Shown piece by piece: positions 20,150-29,759 of a DNA stretch of 64,000 bases. The stretch lies in IMG/VR virus record IMGVR_UViG_3300009605_000001; one strand, written 5' to 3'. The position numbers were made by a program, and so were the translations under genes. This stretch comes from an uncultured virus (IMG/VR IMGVR_UViG_3300009605_000001) (lineage: Duplodnaviria > Heunggongvirae > Uroviricota > Caudoviricetes). Every line of letters starts with the position of its first letter. Position 1 is the stretch's first letter. The notes under the pieces are model-generated. The model did not search any database. It was not told the origin of the DNA and saw only the letters and a program-made list of their open reading frames with translations.

Positions 20150-21828
20150 TTTTTACCAATTCTAAAGTTGCCGTCCATAGGGACAACACAACCTAGTAAT
20201 TCTCCAGCTTCTATTATTGCTTCAACCCCTAGTTGTCCTACATGTTCTGCTATAGTGGGGTCACATTCAAGCTGCCACTCATCATGAACTGTAGCCATGA
20301 ATGCAACTCTATCATTATAGAGCATGGATAGCTTAGTGTCAAGAATATTCTGAGCAGTTTTCATAATAACAGCACCATCTCCTTGTATCTGTACATTCAA
20401 AGCCTTGTGCTTAGCTCTACAAGGAACCTCTCTATCATCTAGTAGGGTAATCGTTCCCTTCTTTGCTACTTGAAACTGACAATTCTCTATTAGATTCCTA
20501 AGAGCAGGCATTTCGGAAAGGAATTTGTTTCTGATTTCCTTACCTTCCTTAGCTCTCTTGCCTACAATCTTACCAATCTTACCATCACCAGCACCATAGA
20601 CTAGAGCATAGAAAAACGTCTTAGCTTTATCTCTTGTAGATAGACCAGCGGCAGACTGATTCAAGCTATGGATGTCGCCGTTAATAACAACTTCTCCGTA
20701 GTTACCATCATCCCAGTTAGCCATTCGATTAGCCAACAACCTAGCTTCTAGACCAGCAGCATCGATACCTACCATAACCCATCCTTCTCTAGGAGTAAAC
20801 AAGGCTCTGGTTCTAGAGTCTCCTGATACCTGTTGTAGGTTGGGTTGTGATGCAGTCATTCTTCCGGTTACAGTTCCTTGAGTATTAACACTACCATGAA
20901 TTCTATTATCTCTAGAGTTAACAGCTCTAAGTATCCAGTCAGATAACTGACTAAGCATCTTTATAGTATCAAAGTATCGTGCTAATGTTTTTGCTTCCGG
21001 GTAATTAAGATTCTTAAGTACCGCTGAATCAACCTTTGGATTACCCTTATCTGTTTTAGGGGCAACCCATCCATATTTCTTACCCAGTCTCTCAGCTATT
21101 TGTTTTCGTGAGGCAGGGTTAAAGTGTGTTGTCTTATCTTTAAGTCTCTTACCTGTCTTATCTGACCATCTCTCCTCCACAATAGGTGGAAAGATCTCAC
21201 TCATGTCATCTTCAATCAAAACCTTTTCCATAAGCAGGTCATGCTCAAGTAAACTAGCAGCCTCGATATCAAAACCAATACCATTATTAATCTGCCCAGC
21301 TATGATAGAAGCTACATCATGCTCAAGTTTAATAGACCTCTTATTATCTATAGCAAAGCTTACTTGGTTATCGTATATAAGTTTTGTTACGTTAACATCC
21401 TGAAGACAGTACTTCAGCATATCTTCGTTGTACTTATCAAAGCCAAGGATATACTCTATCTTTTCTTCTCCCAGATGAATACCCCAAGCCTTGAGAGAGT
21501 TACCTCCGAAGGGGTGGTTCTGTCTATCTGGGTACATAAGACGGGAGACTGTGAGTGTATCATATTTCTTAGTATGAATTGGTCCATACAATCTTTCCAG
21601 CAAAGGAACATCGTATAATATTATATTATGACCAATAATAAGATCAGCCGATCTTAACATCTCAACTCCCTCTTCCATTGTACTCTCATAAAAGAACCAT
21701 ACTTGGTCAGTATCTAGATCGCTTACAACCATACACCATACTCTATCTGCTTCCGGTATAGCTTCGTCACCTTTAACAGTAAGCTCAGTTAAACCATTAG
21801 CTTCAACATCAAACACTAATCTTTTCAT
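20131..21828 (-). CDS. Family A DNA polymerase (T7 gp5-like)
   Basis: Exonuclease motifs FDVE/GHN..YD/YC.QD; TGRMTASQPNLQQV, DAAGLEAR, RDKAKTFFYALVYG and VHDEWQ. Confidence 0.96.
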   Translation of the reverse strand: MKRLVFDVEANGLTELTVKGDEAIPEADRVWCMVVSDLDTDQVWFFYESTMEEGVEMLRSADLIIGHNIILYDVPLLERLYGPIHTKKYDTLTVSRLMYPDRQNHPFGGNSLKAWGIHLGEEKIEYILGFDKYNEDMLKYCLQDVNVTKLIYDNQVSFAIDNKRSIKLEHDVASIIAGQINNGIGFDIEAASLLEHDLLMEKVLIEDDMSEIFPPIVEERWSDKTGKRLKDKTTHFNPASRKQIAERLGKKYGWVAPKTDKGNPKVDSAVLKNLNYPEAKTLARYFDTIKMLSQLSDWILRAVNSRDNRIHGSVNTQGTVTGRMTASQPNLQQVSGDSRTRALFTPREGWVMVGIDAAGLEARLLANRMANWDDGNYGEVVINGDIHSLNQSAAGLSTRDKAKTFFYALVYGAGDGKIGKIVGKRAKEGKEIRNKFLSEMPALRNLIENCQFQVAKKGTITLLDDREVPCRAKHKALNVQIQGDGAVIMKTAQNILDTKLSMLYNDRVAFMATVHDEWQLECDPTIAEHVGQLGVEAIIEAGELLGCVVPMDGNFRIGKNWSECH

Positions 21829-22505
21829 CGTTTATCCACATTATTAATAGCCTCAGAAATATCCACATCTCCTAACTCAAGGAATTGGACTAGTTCCTTA
21901 ATCTCTTTCTCTGGGTTCTTCAACATATCCTCAAAGTAAACAGGGATTGAGGGTATATCATAGTTCATAGCTAAGCTATCAAGCATGATACCTTGTGTTG
22001 TTTGCATAGTCATTACATCTAAGTATGTTTTATCCTTATACCACTCGGTAAAGTTTGGACTCTTTAGGTTATTCTCTTCTGCTATTTGAATATCAATCTT
22101 AGCTAGGTCCATCATACTCTCTGCTTGTTTAACTGTATCTTCTCTCTTACATATAATCATCTTCTCGATATCATTTGTTTGGAGTTCAGTAACCAATGCT
22201 CCAGTAATCTTTATAACATGACCAATATTCTGCTCTCCGAAACCCTTCCTACAATGATCGATTATTGTTAGCATATCTAACTCCCAATAACCTTTAGGAT
22301 TAAAGCTCCTCGCCTTCTTATCTAGCTCAGGACTAGCCTTAACCTTAACATCTGTGTTCTCTCTATTAACAATATTATATGCACCCCAGAATAAGTGCTC
22401 ATCGTTATCTACCTTGGGATCCCCAACTAAGGGAACCCCAAGGTAATAAAGAGTCTGCATCATGAGACTAGAACCGCAACGACCTGTTCCGGTAACTAGA
22501 ATCAT
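21825..22505 (-). CDS. Sulfotransferase-family (PAPS-binding P-loop) protein
   Basis: ILVTGTGRCGSSLMMQTL 5'-PSB loop, NPKGYWE and YFEDMLKNP; 4-nt overlaps with both neighbours. Confidence 0.75.
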   Translation of the reverse strand: MILVTGTGRCGSSLMMQTLYYLGVPLVGDPKVDNDEHLFWGAYNIVNRENTDVKVKASPELDKKARSFNPKGYWELDMLTIIDHCRKGFGEQNIGHVIKITGALVTELQTNDIEKMIICKREDTVKQAESMMDLAKIDIQIAEENNLKSPNFTEWYKDKTYLDVMTMQTTQGIMLDSLAMNYDIPSIPVYFEDMLKNPEKEIKELVQFLELGDVDISEAINNVDKR

Positions 22506-24211
22506 ATGTTATCCCAATCGTTAACGACATTACCATCACCATCAAAGGCGAAGTCTAATTCACTTAGCCTTCCGCTTTCGTGGTCATAGTATAGACACGC
22601 AGCAACACCTGATCTACCTGTTAGTCTGTTCTTTAGAACCCTAACAATAGTAGTGTTGCTTACCCTGTCATCAGGATTCTGTCTGTCTCTTTCCAAAGCA
22701 ATAACAGTATTAGGTACGGAAGATAACGAACCCGAGCCACGTAGATCTTGTAGTGTGATTCGTACTCCCTCTTCATATGCTTTAGTAGTTTTCTTTAGTT
22801 GAGAGACAACATCAATATGAACACCCGTTCTTGAGACCAGTGCTCTTAGCTCTTTCATAATATTATCTATTAACAATCTTTCAGAGCCTCCTCCATCGAA
22901 GTCACTACTATCATTTAATAGTCCAGCAGCAGCAGCAGTGATATGATCAAGAACAATTACATCAACATCAAGAGACACGGCCATGAACTCAATACGAGCA
23001 CATAGATTCTTGAGTCCACTGTTGCCAAGATGATCATAGATATATAGGTTAGATCCTTCTAGTTTCTTTCTAGCATCTGCATACTCTTCATCAGTTAGAT
23101 CACTGATGATATCAATACTAATCGGATCCTTACCAAGCTTAGCTCGAAGTTCATTCATAACTTTCTTCGCTCGGATAGCTCGTACAGGTTTATTAATTAG
23201 TAATGATATCATGTCATCAACAGTTTCTTGAGGAGATTCCTCAAGCATAATAGCACCAACACTACGACCTTCTTCAAGGTGGTGGTGGATGATCTCTCTT
23301 AGGATAGTTGACTTACCGGAACCAGTTCCAGAAGCCCATAGTGTAACCTCTCCGCTTCTCTGTCCCAATAAGTAGTCGGATAAAGAATCAAACGGGAATG
23401 GGTAGACTTTAGTATCCTCAAGAGAGTTGATTGTATTAATTTGAGAAACATGTACAATCTCATCTGGTGAGTATTGTTGTGCTTCCCACATGGCCTGAAT
23501 AATTTTTCGGCCCTGATTTTGAAGTAGGCATTCATTCGGATCCTTATATGGAAGCGAAGCTACCTTACATTTACCGGGAGGTAATAACTCAGCTACTTCT
23601 TTAGTTGCGTCTTGACCAGCATCATCCATGTCGAACATGAGAATGACTTCTTCATAGCTGGTAACGAACTCAAGGTTATCCTTAATAGCTCTAGCAGCTC
23701 CTGCTGCACCATTAGGTAGACTAACTACTGGCCACTTAGTTTCCATTAGTTGTCCTACTGTCATGCAGTCAATTTCTCCTTCGGTAATTACAAGCCTCTT
23801 ACCTTTGGTGCTCTTCCAAAGGTGTTGTCCCCACAAGGGAACCTTAACTGTGTCGCCTCTCCACTGGAAGGCTTTGTTTGGGCCTCTTAATTTCTGAGCA
23901 ACAACCTTACCATCACGAAAGAAGGAGGCAATCTCTACCTTCTTACCTTCCTTGGTAATAGTTTGATACCCATAGAAACGAGCAGTCTTCTCTGTTATCT
24001 TTCTGTCCCCTACACCAATAACTTCTCCAGCGAGAAACTTAGTTGGGGACTTCTGTACTGTAGTAGACATATTTGAATATGCTCCTTCATGATGGCCACA
24101 GGCAAAACAATGTTTGCCGCCATCTTCATACACACATAAATTATCTCGGGAGGTGTCCCGCCCACTGTTAGCGCAGGCGGGACACTGAACCCGGTCTTTA
24201 ATCTTTGACAT
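22502..24211 (-). CDS. DNA primase-helicase (T7 gp4-like)
   Basis: Zn finger CPAC...CFAC; TOPRIM ITEGEID and FDMDDAG; Walker A SGTGSGKST; LDHI, DLRGSG and KNRLTG motifs. Confidence 0.96.
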   Translation of the reverse strand: MSKIKDRVQCPACANSGRDTSRDNLCVYEDGGKHCFACGHHEGAYSNMSTTVQKSPTKFLAGEVIGVGDRKITEKTARFYGYQTITKEGKKVEIASFFRDGKVVAQKLRGPNKAFQWRGDTVKVPLWGQHLWKSTKGKRLVITEGEIDCMTVGQLMETKWPVVSLPNGAAGAARAIKDNLEFVTSYEEVILMFDMDDAGQDATKEVAELLPPGKCKVASLPYKDPNECLLQNQGRKIIQAMWEAQQYSPDEIVHVSQINTINSLEDTKVYPFPFDSLSDYLLGQRSGEVTLWASGTGSGKSTILREIIHHHLEEGRSVGAIMLEESPQETVDDMISLLINKPVRAIRAKKVMNELRAKLGKDPISIDIISDLTDEEYADARKKLEGSNLYIYDHLGNSGLKNLCARIEFMAVSLDVDVIVLDHITAAAAGLLNDSSDFDGGGSERLLIDNIMKELRALVSRTGVHIDVVSQLKKTTKAYEEGVRITLQDLRGSGSLSSVPNTVIALERDRQNPDDRVSNTTIVRVLKNRLTGRSGVAACLYYDHESGRLSELDFAFDGDGNVVNDWDNI

Positions 24212-24219
24212 TTCAACTC

Positions 24220-24354
24220 CTATTTAGAACAAGTTGACCATGGCATCTTCTTACAAAGCCAGCACCACATCTGCTTACCGACAAGAGCACCGACACCAAA
24301 CAACGTAACTGAATAAAATACGGTTCCTAATGTAGAATCCATCCAACTCATCAT
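24220..24354 (-). CDS. 44-aa single-TM membrane protein (not in the ORF track)
   Basis: Translated by hand: MMSWMDSTLGTVFYSVTLFGVGALVGKQMWCWLCKKMPWSTCSK*; AAGGAG RBS; ATGA overlap with the upstream gene. Confidence 0.65.
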   Translation of the reverse strand: MMSWMDSTLGTVFYSVTLFGVGALVGKQMWCWLCKKMPWSTCSK

Positions 24355-24734
24355 AGTTTAATCTCCTTAATTTTATCGTTTGTAACTATCCTCCAAACGA
24401 TTCTTCCTGCCCACACAAGACTGATTGCTCCTGTTGCAATCGCAACTGGAATGAAGAACCAGTCTGCGTATAATGCTAATGCATAATTAATTAAGATAAA
24501 AATCACACCACCAATTAGCGGTCTCCAACCTAGTGTTCCTCTAGATATTACTAACAAAGCAATACCAGCTAAACAACACAGGCCACCTAGCCAGCCAAGC
24601 ATGGGGCTGCAAGCATTGTTAACCCCTTGTTGTACTGACGCAGTAATACCATCTAATGGTCCCGTTACTGTCCGTGATAAGCTACATCCAAATAACATAG
24701 CACACGTAACACATAACGTTAAAACTTTCCACAT
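24351..24734 (-). CDS. Multi-pass membrane protein with lipoprotein-like signal
   Basis: Likely start MWKVL after a GGAGG RBS; LFGC lipobox-like sequence; three further hydrophobic helices. Confidence 0.6.
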   Translation of the reverse strand: MWKVLTLCVTCAMLFGCSLSRTVTGPLDGITASVQQGVNNACSPMLGWLGGLCCLAGIALLVISRGTLGWRPLIGGVIFILINYALALYADWFFIPVAIATGAISLVWAGRIVWRIVTNDKIKEIKL

Positions 24735-24745
24735 ATAACCCCCTC

Positions 24746-25126
24746 CTATTGTAATTGGTCTACACCTAATATAAAGTATCCATCCTCCGTAGGCTTGGTC
24801 CATTGTTTAACAGCGTATACTTCAAGAATCTGTGTATCATCTTCCCATAGTTTACCATTTAAACAATCAAACACAGCTTTAATATAGTTATCTATATCAG
24901 CTTTCGGAGACATAAGTTTTGTTTTCTTCGGTCTCCTAACAAACAGTTCCAGATCAACTTTAAGCGGTCCAGTATATAAGTCAAAGTCGTTACCAAGAAT
25001 CATAGGTACCAACTCTATCATCTCCTTCCGGAAATATTTATAAGGTCCAGCAAAGTAGGCCCCACGTTTACATAAGCGAGGCCTACTCGCTGCGACCGGA
25101 CTAATCGGGAACAACCACTCAGGCAT
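24746..25126 (-). CDS. rusA: RusA-family Holliday junction resolvase
   Basis: DIDNYIKAVFDCLNGKLWEDDTQI matches the RusA D-x-D-N-x-x-K...DD-x-Q signature. Confidence 0.9.
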   Translation of the reverse strand: MPEWLFPISPVAASRPRLCKRGAYFAGPYKYFRKEMIELVPMILGNDFDLYTGPLKVDLELFVRRPKKTKLMSPKADIDNYIKAVFDCLNGKLWEDDTQILEVYAVKQWTKPTEDGYFILGVDQLQ

Positions 25127-25638
25127 TAGATTGGCAGGTCTTCATCTTCCTTGTCTTCGACAGGGGGGATGAAGTTTGAACCATCAAAACCATCAGTGGC
25201 ATCGAATCCACCAGTATCCATAATGTTCTTCTCGATAATCTGGCATCCGTTAAGATACAGACTAAGAGAATCATCTCTTGTTAAGATAGCCGGAGCAAGA
25301 CGAAGCCGAACCTTATCACCACCGAACGGAACAGCATCTGTTCTGTTAGCATGGGCATCCCTACAAGGGAACGTTCGAACATTCTTCTTAACAAAAGCCT
25401 TGGACTTAACCTTCAGAGTTGTACGACCTTCATCGTCAACCTTGAGGCCGTTAATCCTGCTTGCGTTATTTTCTGAAACCATTTCGTCTAGCTTCTTCTG
25501 AAGCTCATCATCAACAATAATTGTGATGTTATGGTTAGACGAGTCTTCACCAAACTTATCGTCTGGGGCGTGAAGGTGAGCCCAGATAACATCCAGCGTC
25601 TCAGTAGTAAAAGCATTAATCTTCATCATCATGTTCAT
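25126..25638 (-). CDS. Single-stranded DNA-binding protein (T7 gp2.5-like)
   Basis: WAHLHAPDDKF, GGDKVRL and LSLYLNGCQIIE motifs; acidic C-terminal tail. Confidence 0.85.
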   Translation of the reverse strand: MNMMMKINAFTTETLDVIWAHLHAPDDKFGEDSSNHNITIIVDDELQKKLDEMVSENNASRINGLKVDDEGRTTLKVKSKAFVKKNVRTFPCRDAHANRTDAVPFGGDKVRLRLAPAILTRDDSLSLYLNGCQIIEKNIMDTGGFDATDGFDGSNFIPPVEDKEDEDLPI

Positions 25639-25861
25639 CCTCTATTTCTCCTTTGGTAATATTTTCTTCCATAGATTTAATTGAATTTTCAATGTGATTT
25701 ACTAACCCCAACAACGAGGTAGCCACATGAGTTAAGTAATTCTTTACCTCTGCATAAGTAATCCATACTTGTTCCTTCTCTTCAGCTTCTGCAAGGCTTC
25801 CCTTTTCATCAGCAACCTCAGCCTTCCAACCTTCATCGGTTTTAATTTCTGCTTCCGACAT
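25616..25861 (-). CDS. Hypothetical protein
   Basis: 81-aa ORF coupled to its neighbours. Confidence 0.6.
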   Translation of the reverse strand: MSEAEIKTDEGWKAEVADEKGSLAEAEEKEQVWITYAEVKNYLTHVATSLLGLVNHIENSIKSMEENITKGEIEDEHDDED

Positions 25862-26523
25862 TAATCCATTACCTCCATATAGGGGTGTCCATCAATTATT
25901 ACTCCAGCCCCATTGACTGGCTTCTTTAGAAAGTTCTTACCATAATACATTAAGATGTGGTGTTTGTCAACCCCACAAGGTACATTAAAACCAAATATTT
26001 TATTATCATTAGAACCAAGTAGCCAACACAAGCTTCCTGTTGAGTGAACGTGTCCACTAACAGTACTCTGTGCTCTAGTCTTAGCTGCGTTGAAAGCAGG
26101 TGAAACACCAGAGTTAGCACCAGTCCCATGAAGATATCCTACACCATCAATTACCCACTCGTACTCCCATTCCCAGTTGGGTGTATTAAAGATTGTTTTA
26201 TAATCCTTTAGATACATAGCTGGGATGCCAGCATTAGCTGATAATCTATAAACTCTTTCATCGTGGTTTCCTATACATACTTTAGCACTAGGAAAGGCTT
26301 TCTTCCATTCCTTTAGTTTTTCCATACTTCTGTGATACTCAGCCACAGCTGCGTCAGCATCTGGGTGTTTCTGGTGAAAGGAAATAGCATGGTGATCTAA
26401 TACATCACCTATAAAAACAACCTCGTTGGTTCTATATTTTTTGCGAAGTCCCTTACAGAAATCCAAATAGTCTGATCGTTCAGCTGGAAGATGAAGATCA
26501 CCTATAACCAATACTTTAGTCAC
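25861..26523 (-). CDS. Calcineurin-like metallophosphoesterase
   Basis: GDLH, GDVLD, GNHD, HG and GHVH motifs; likely GTG start after GAGGAGG. Confidence 0.9.
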   Translation of the reverse strand: MTKVLVIGDLHLPAERSDYLDFCKGLRKKYRTNEVVFIGDVLDHHAISFHQKHPDADAAVAEYHRSMEKLKEWKKAFPSAKVCIGNHDERVYRLSANAGIPAMYLKDYKTIFNTPNWEWEYEWVIDGVGYLHGTGANSGVSPAFNAAKTRAQSTVSGHVHSTGSLCWLLGSNDNKIFGFNVPCGVDKHHILMYYGKNFLKKPVNGAGVIIDGHPYMEVMD

Positions 26524-26653
26524 AAATAATATCCTCCTCGTAATCGATATAGTCATCATCATCTTCCAAATCTAAATTAGTATCGATGATAAGACCGTCC
26601 CAATCCTCAACAAAATGAACGTAATACTCAAAGTCATTAGTATCTATCGGCAT
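26516..26653 (-). CDS. 45-aa very acidic protein (not in the ORF track)
   Basis: Translated by hand: MPIDTNDFEYYVHFVEDWDGLIIDTNLDLEDDDDYIDYEEDIICD*; fills the intergenic gap. Confidence 0.5.
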   Translation of the reverse strand: MPIDTNDFEYYVHFVEDWDGLIIDTNLDLEDDDDYIDYEEDIICD

Positions 26654-26656
26654 AAT

Positions 26657-26929
26657 CTACTCTGGTTCTGGAATTATTAAGGTTAAATTTAGGCCAGTAT
26701 CTGTTGGAACTCTTTGAACAACAAACTCTTTAAATAAATTAGCCATAAAAATAGACATTAGTGCCTCACTTGGGAACGAAAGATTCAAAACCTTTTCATC
26801 CTTACCCTGAAGGGCTAGTTTAACAGTGTACTTCAGGCCGTGTTCCATGTCAGCCTCACTTCCTATTAACAAATGAGTCATGCTTTCTCCTTTACGCAAA
26901 GAAATAATCTGATTGTAAAACTTCCTCAA
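26657..26929 (-). CDS. Hypothetical protein
   Basis: ORF after the RNAP gene; probable start MTHLL after AAAGGAG. Confidence 0.6.
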   Translation of the reverse strand: MRKFYNQIISLRKGESMTHLLIGSEADMEHGLKYTVKLALQGKDEKVLNLSFPSEALMSIFMANLFKEFVVQRVPTDTGLNLTLIIPEPE

Positions 26930-29333
26930 GCATAAGCTTGCCCCGTGTTGGAACGTCGGGAAGTTTAATTCCTAATTGGTTTTCAACCTCCTTCTTGAAG
27001 TTTTCTAGTTGGTTTGTCTTATGAATCTTAACAAACTCTTCTCTTAGTAGGTTTCTCATATCATCTATATAATTAGCATGGCACCCGAAGGAATCATGAA
27101 TCATACAGAGGTCTATTATACCACAGTCTATCAGTCTGTCAATAGTTAAAAACATATGAGCAGCATCTAAACTGTGTATAAAGTTAGGGGAGATAGCTTG
27201 TAAAGAATCACGCGGAGCCACATCATTTGTCTTAACATAGAATATAAGTTCCTTCTTGTTAAACAGATGAGCAAGAGATCTCCTCTTCTGTTGTTTATTA
27301 TAGAGGTGAACTACTTTAAACCCACTGGGGGTTGTCCACTCAACGTGTTTGTTAAGCTTGTTAGCTTCTTCAATAATAGATTTTAAATATTGTTTGCCTT
27401 TGTTTGGTCCACTTAATGAGCGGTCAAGGCTAGCTTTAATAGCTCGGGCCAGCTCAACAATAGCTGCACCCTTCTTCTCACGAGACACCCAGTCGAGGTG
27501 TCCCTCTTCTTTTAGGTATCTCTGTATTCCATAGAAAGTAAGACCATACGGTTCACACATTGTGCTGCGCTTTGTTACCTTCCTATCAATTTTATTATCC
27601 CAAAACTCTAGAAACTCACGATACCAATCGTTGTCGCTACTAAAGTTAGTGCAATAATCAGTAGTAACATCAGCTACATACTGGTATAGATCGTGCGGTT
27701 CGTCTGAAGGAGTTACCCCAGTCAGCTTAGCAATATCAGTGTCGCCCATGATAGAAGACCAGTGTTGGTTGCCGTTACATTTACCATCGATCTGTACAGG
27801 TACATAACTCATACCATCTTTCCTAGTAATGTCAAAGATCATTGCCAATCTTTGGAAAGACTTGTTCTTCTTCTTGGAATCATCAATCCATTCTTTATTT
27901 CCATATGGATCTTGAGATATACGTTCAATCATGTCCCAGTTATCGTCAACCCATTGTATTCTTTTATCAAAGGATACTTTATCTTGATCAAACAGGTTAG
28001 CTAGATATATTTTCTGCCAATACCTACCCCTCTCGGTTATCTTAACACCATTAGCAAACCTAATCATCCCCCTATCTAGGTCAGATGATTGGGGGGACAG
28101 CAACTCACAGGTTGTGTATGCCCTGCCCCTGAAATCTAGGGTGTAGACATGATAGAAAAACCCCCAAGGAATAAGATTCTCAGCCAGCTGAAGACGTATT
28201 AACATCCTTCCGCGAGCTTGTTCTTGCTTATACCAATCACTCCAAGCTTCCTCTTGGCGTTGACACCAGATAGCCTGTTGTTCTTTTGACCCATCTTTAG
28301 GGTACTCCTCATTATACATGAATTCTTCGAACGAAAAGTAGGGTAGATTAGCTAGCCCAGTATTGTTCTTAAACAGGGATTCCATCACCTCTACTACTGG
28401 TTCATTGATAGACCACTCTGTTTTCATCATGTGATTCAAACCCTTAACAACCTTTAAAGAAGGGCTCGAAAATTTTTGGTCCCTTTTTTGGTCTCCAAAG
28501 AAATTAGATCTAAACTTCTGGACCATAGGTTTCCTTAGGTTGGTATGTATATACCCACCTGTAGATATTGTAGTATGGTCTTCGGGGATAGACAACATAG
28601 GTCTATATATTAGTGTAGAGTTCTGAAGAACATCGTGTCTTTTGTGTAGCTCTCTAAGAACATCGGGATGAAACTCAACCGATAGAAATTTCTTATAAGA
28701 ATTACCTCGTTTTATCATATGAGAAGTTAAGATAATTATATTAGAAGAGGCAGCTATCCTAAGCATGTTATGTCCGAAGTCATGCCTTTGTTTAGTTGAT
28801 AGCTTAACATTTTTGTCCATCTTATCGGCAAATGCACGGCATCTCTTAGGTGTCCAGTTCTTTATAAACTTAGATTGTCTTAACCAATCATCTCTGTTAT
28901 CTTCCTTAGCTCTTTGGAACGCAATAATATCACAAGCGTCATGAGATATCTGTGTAGCTAAGGTTTGTGCTAGAGGGGGGATAACTTTATCCTTTTCCCA
29001 CCTGTATCCCCAGAAGGTACTAGAGAACCAGCTTCTAATCACAGCTCTTATAGTTATGTCAGCCATCTTCTGCGGACCCAGCTCAAGTAAGGGGTACAAC
29101 CATTGAGGTGACTTACTTGATTGACACACCCTATCAATCCACTCCTGAAACACTTCTCTTAGTTCTACAACAGAAGAATCAATAAGTTCTTGTTCAGGTA
29201 TGCCCTCATCGGGAGCGCGCTCATAGTCTGACCAATATCTAGACTTACCATACTCAAGCATCTCTTGTTCATACAAGATCTGCGAGTTCTTTCTCTCTAA
29301 CTTAGCGTCATCAGTTAAGGTATCCCATTTCAT
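26892..29333 (-). CDS. T7-type single-subunit RNA polymerase (canonical; RNAP-1)
   Basis: DFRGRAY; motif A DGKCNGNQH; motif B RKVTKRSTMCEPYG; PNFIHSLDA; motif C IHDSF; 813 aa. Confidence 0.97.
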   Translation of the reverse strand: MKWDTLTDDAKLERKNSQILYEQEMLEYGKSRYWSDYERAPDEGIPEQELIDSSVVELREVFQEWIDRVCQSSKSPQWLYPLLELGPQKMADITIRAVIRSWFSSTFWGYRWEKDKVIPPLAQTLATQISHDACDIIAFQRAKEDNRDDWLRQSKFIKNWTPKRCRAFADKMDKNVKLSTKQRHDFGHNMLRIAASSNIIILTSHMIKRGNSYKKFLSVEFHPDVLRELHKRHDVLQNSTLIYRPMLSIPEDHTTISTGGYIHTNLRKPMVQKFRSNFFGDQKRDQKFSSPSLKVVKGLNHMMKTEWSINEPVVEVMESLFKNNTGLANLPYFSFEEFMYNEEYPKDGSKEQQAIWCQRQEEAWSDWYKQEQARGRMLIRLQLAENLIPWGFFYHVYTLDFRGRAYTTCELLSPQSSDLDRGMIRFANGVKITERGRYWQKIYLANLFDQDKVSFDKRIQWVDDNWDMIERISQDPYGNKEWIDDSKKKNKSFQRLAMIFDITRKDGMSYVPVQIDGKCNGNQHWSSIMGDTDIAKLTGVTPSDEPHDLYQYVADVTTDYCTNFSSDNDWYREFLEFWDNKIDRKVTKRSTMCEPYGLTFYGIQRYLKEEGHLDWVSREKKGAAIVELARAIKASLDRSLSGPNKGKQYLKSIIEEANKLNKHVEWTTPSGFKVVHLYNKQQKRRSLAHLFNKKELIFYVKTNDVAPRDSLQAISPNFIHSLDAAHMFLTIDRLIDCGIIDLCMIHDSFGCHANYIDDMRNLLREEFVKIHKTNQLENFKKEVENQLGIKLPDVPTRGKLMLEEVLQSDYFFA

Positions 29334-29647
29334 ATAGAATTGTTCTCCCAGAATTCATCCACCTTCTTATTATATTCTTCCTTGGTAATCTTCTTAAAAG
29401 CAAGCTCCCAATTAAGATCATATATTTCCTTCGGAATGTTTGAGTCTCGCTGAGAATCTCCCTTACCTGCGCTAGAGTTTGGTGTATATAGTTCTGGTTT
29501 CCAGATTCTACTACCACCTCTAGCTTGATGTAGTTCATCTTTTCTATGCTTCTCCCGTAATTTCCTCCAGTTTTTATGCGCATTAAAAGAACCACCAAAG
29601 TTTTGATCGTTGGTTTCAATCGATAAACTTTTCTTTTTCCTTGCCAT
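29330..29647 (-). CDS. Hypothetical basic protein
   Basis: 105 aa; GAGGAGG RBS; AGKGD motif; 4-nt overlap with RNAP-1. Confidence 0.65.
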   Translation of the reverse strand: MARKKKSLSIETNDQNFGGSFNAHKNWRKLREKHRKDELHQARGGSRIWKPELYTPNSSAGKGDSQRDSNIPKEIYDLNWELAFKKITKEEYNKKVDEFWENNSI

Positions 29648-29759
29648 AATACCTCCTCTTTAAACTTACTAAGGAGAAGCGTGGGAGCAGAGCACTTCGG
29701 ATACAGTAATGTATCGCCCGCAGCAGCAGACCACGCTCCCCCCGTTCAGTTACGTGGGA

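Noticed and set aside
29311..29619. Alternative 102-aa minus-strand ORF
   Set aside because: Overlaps 29330-29647 in another frame; that ORF has the strong RBS and the coupling to RNAP-1
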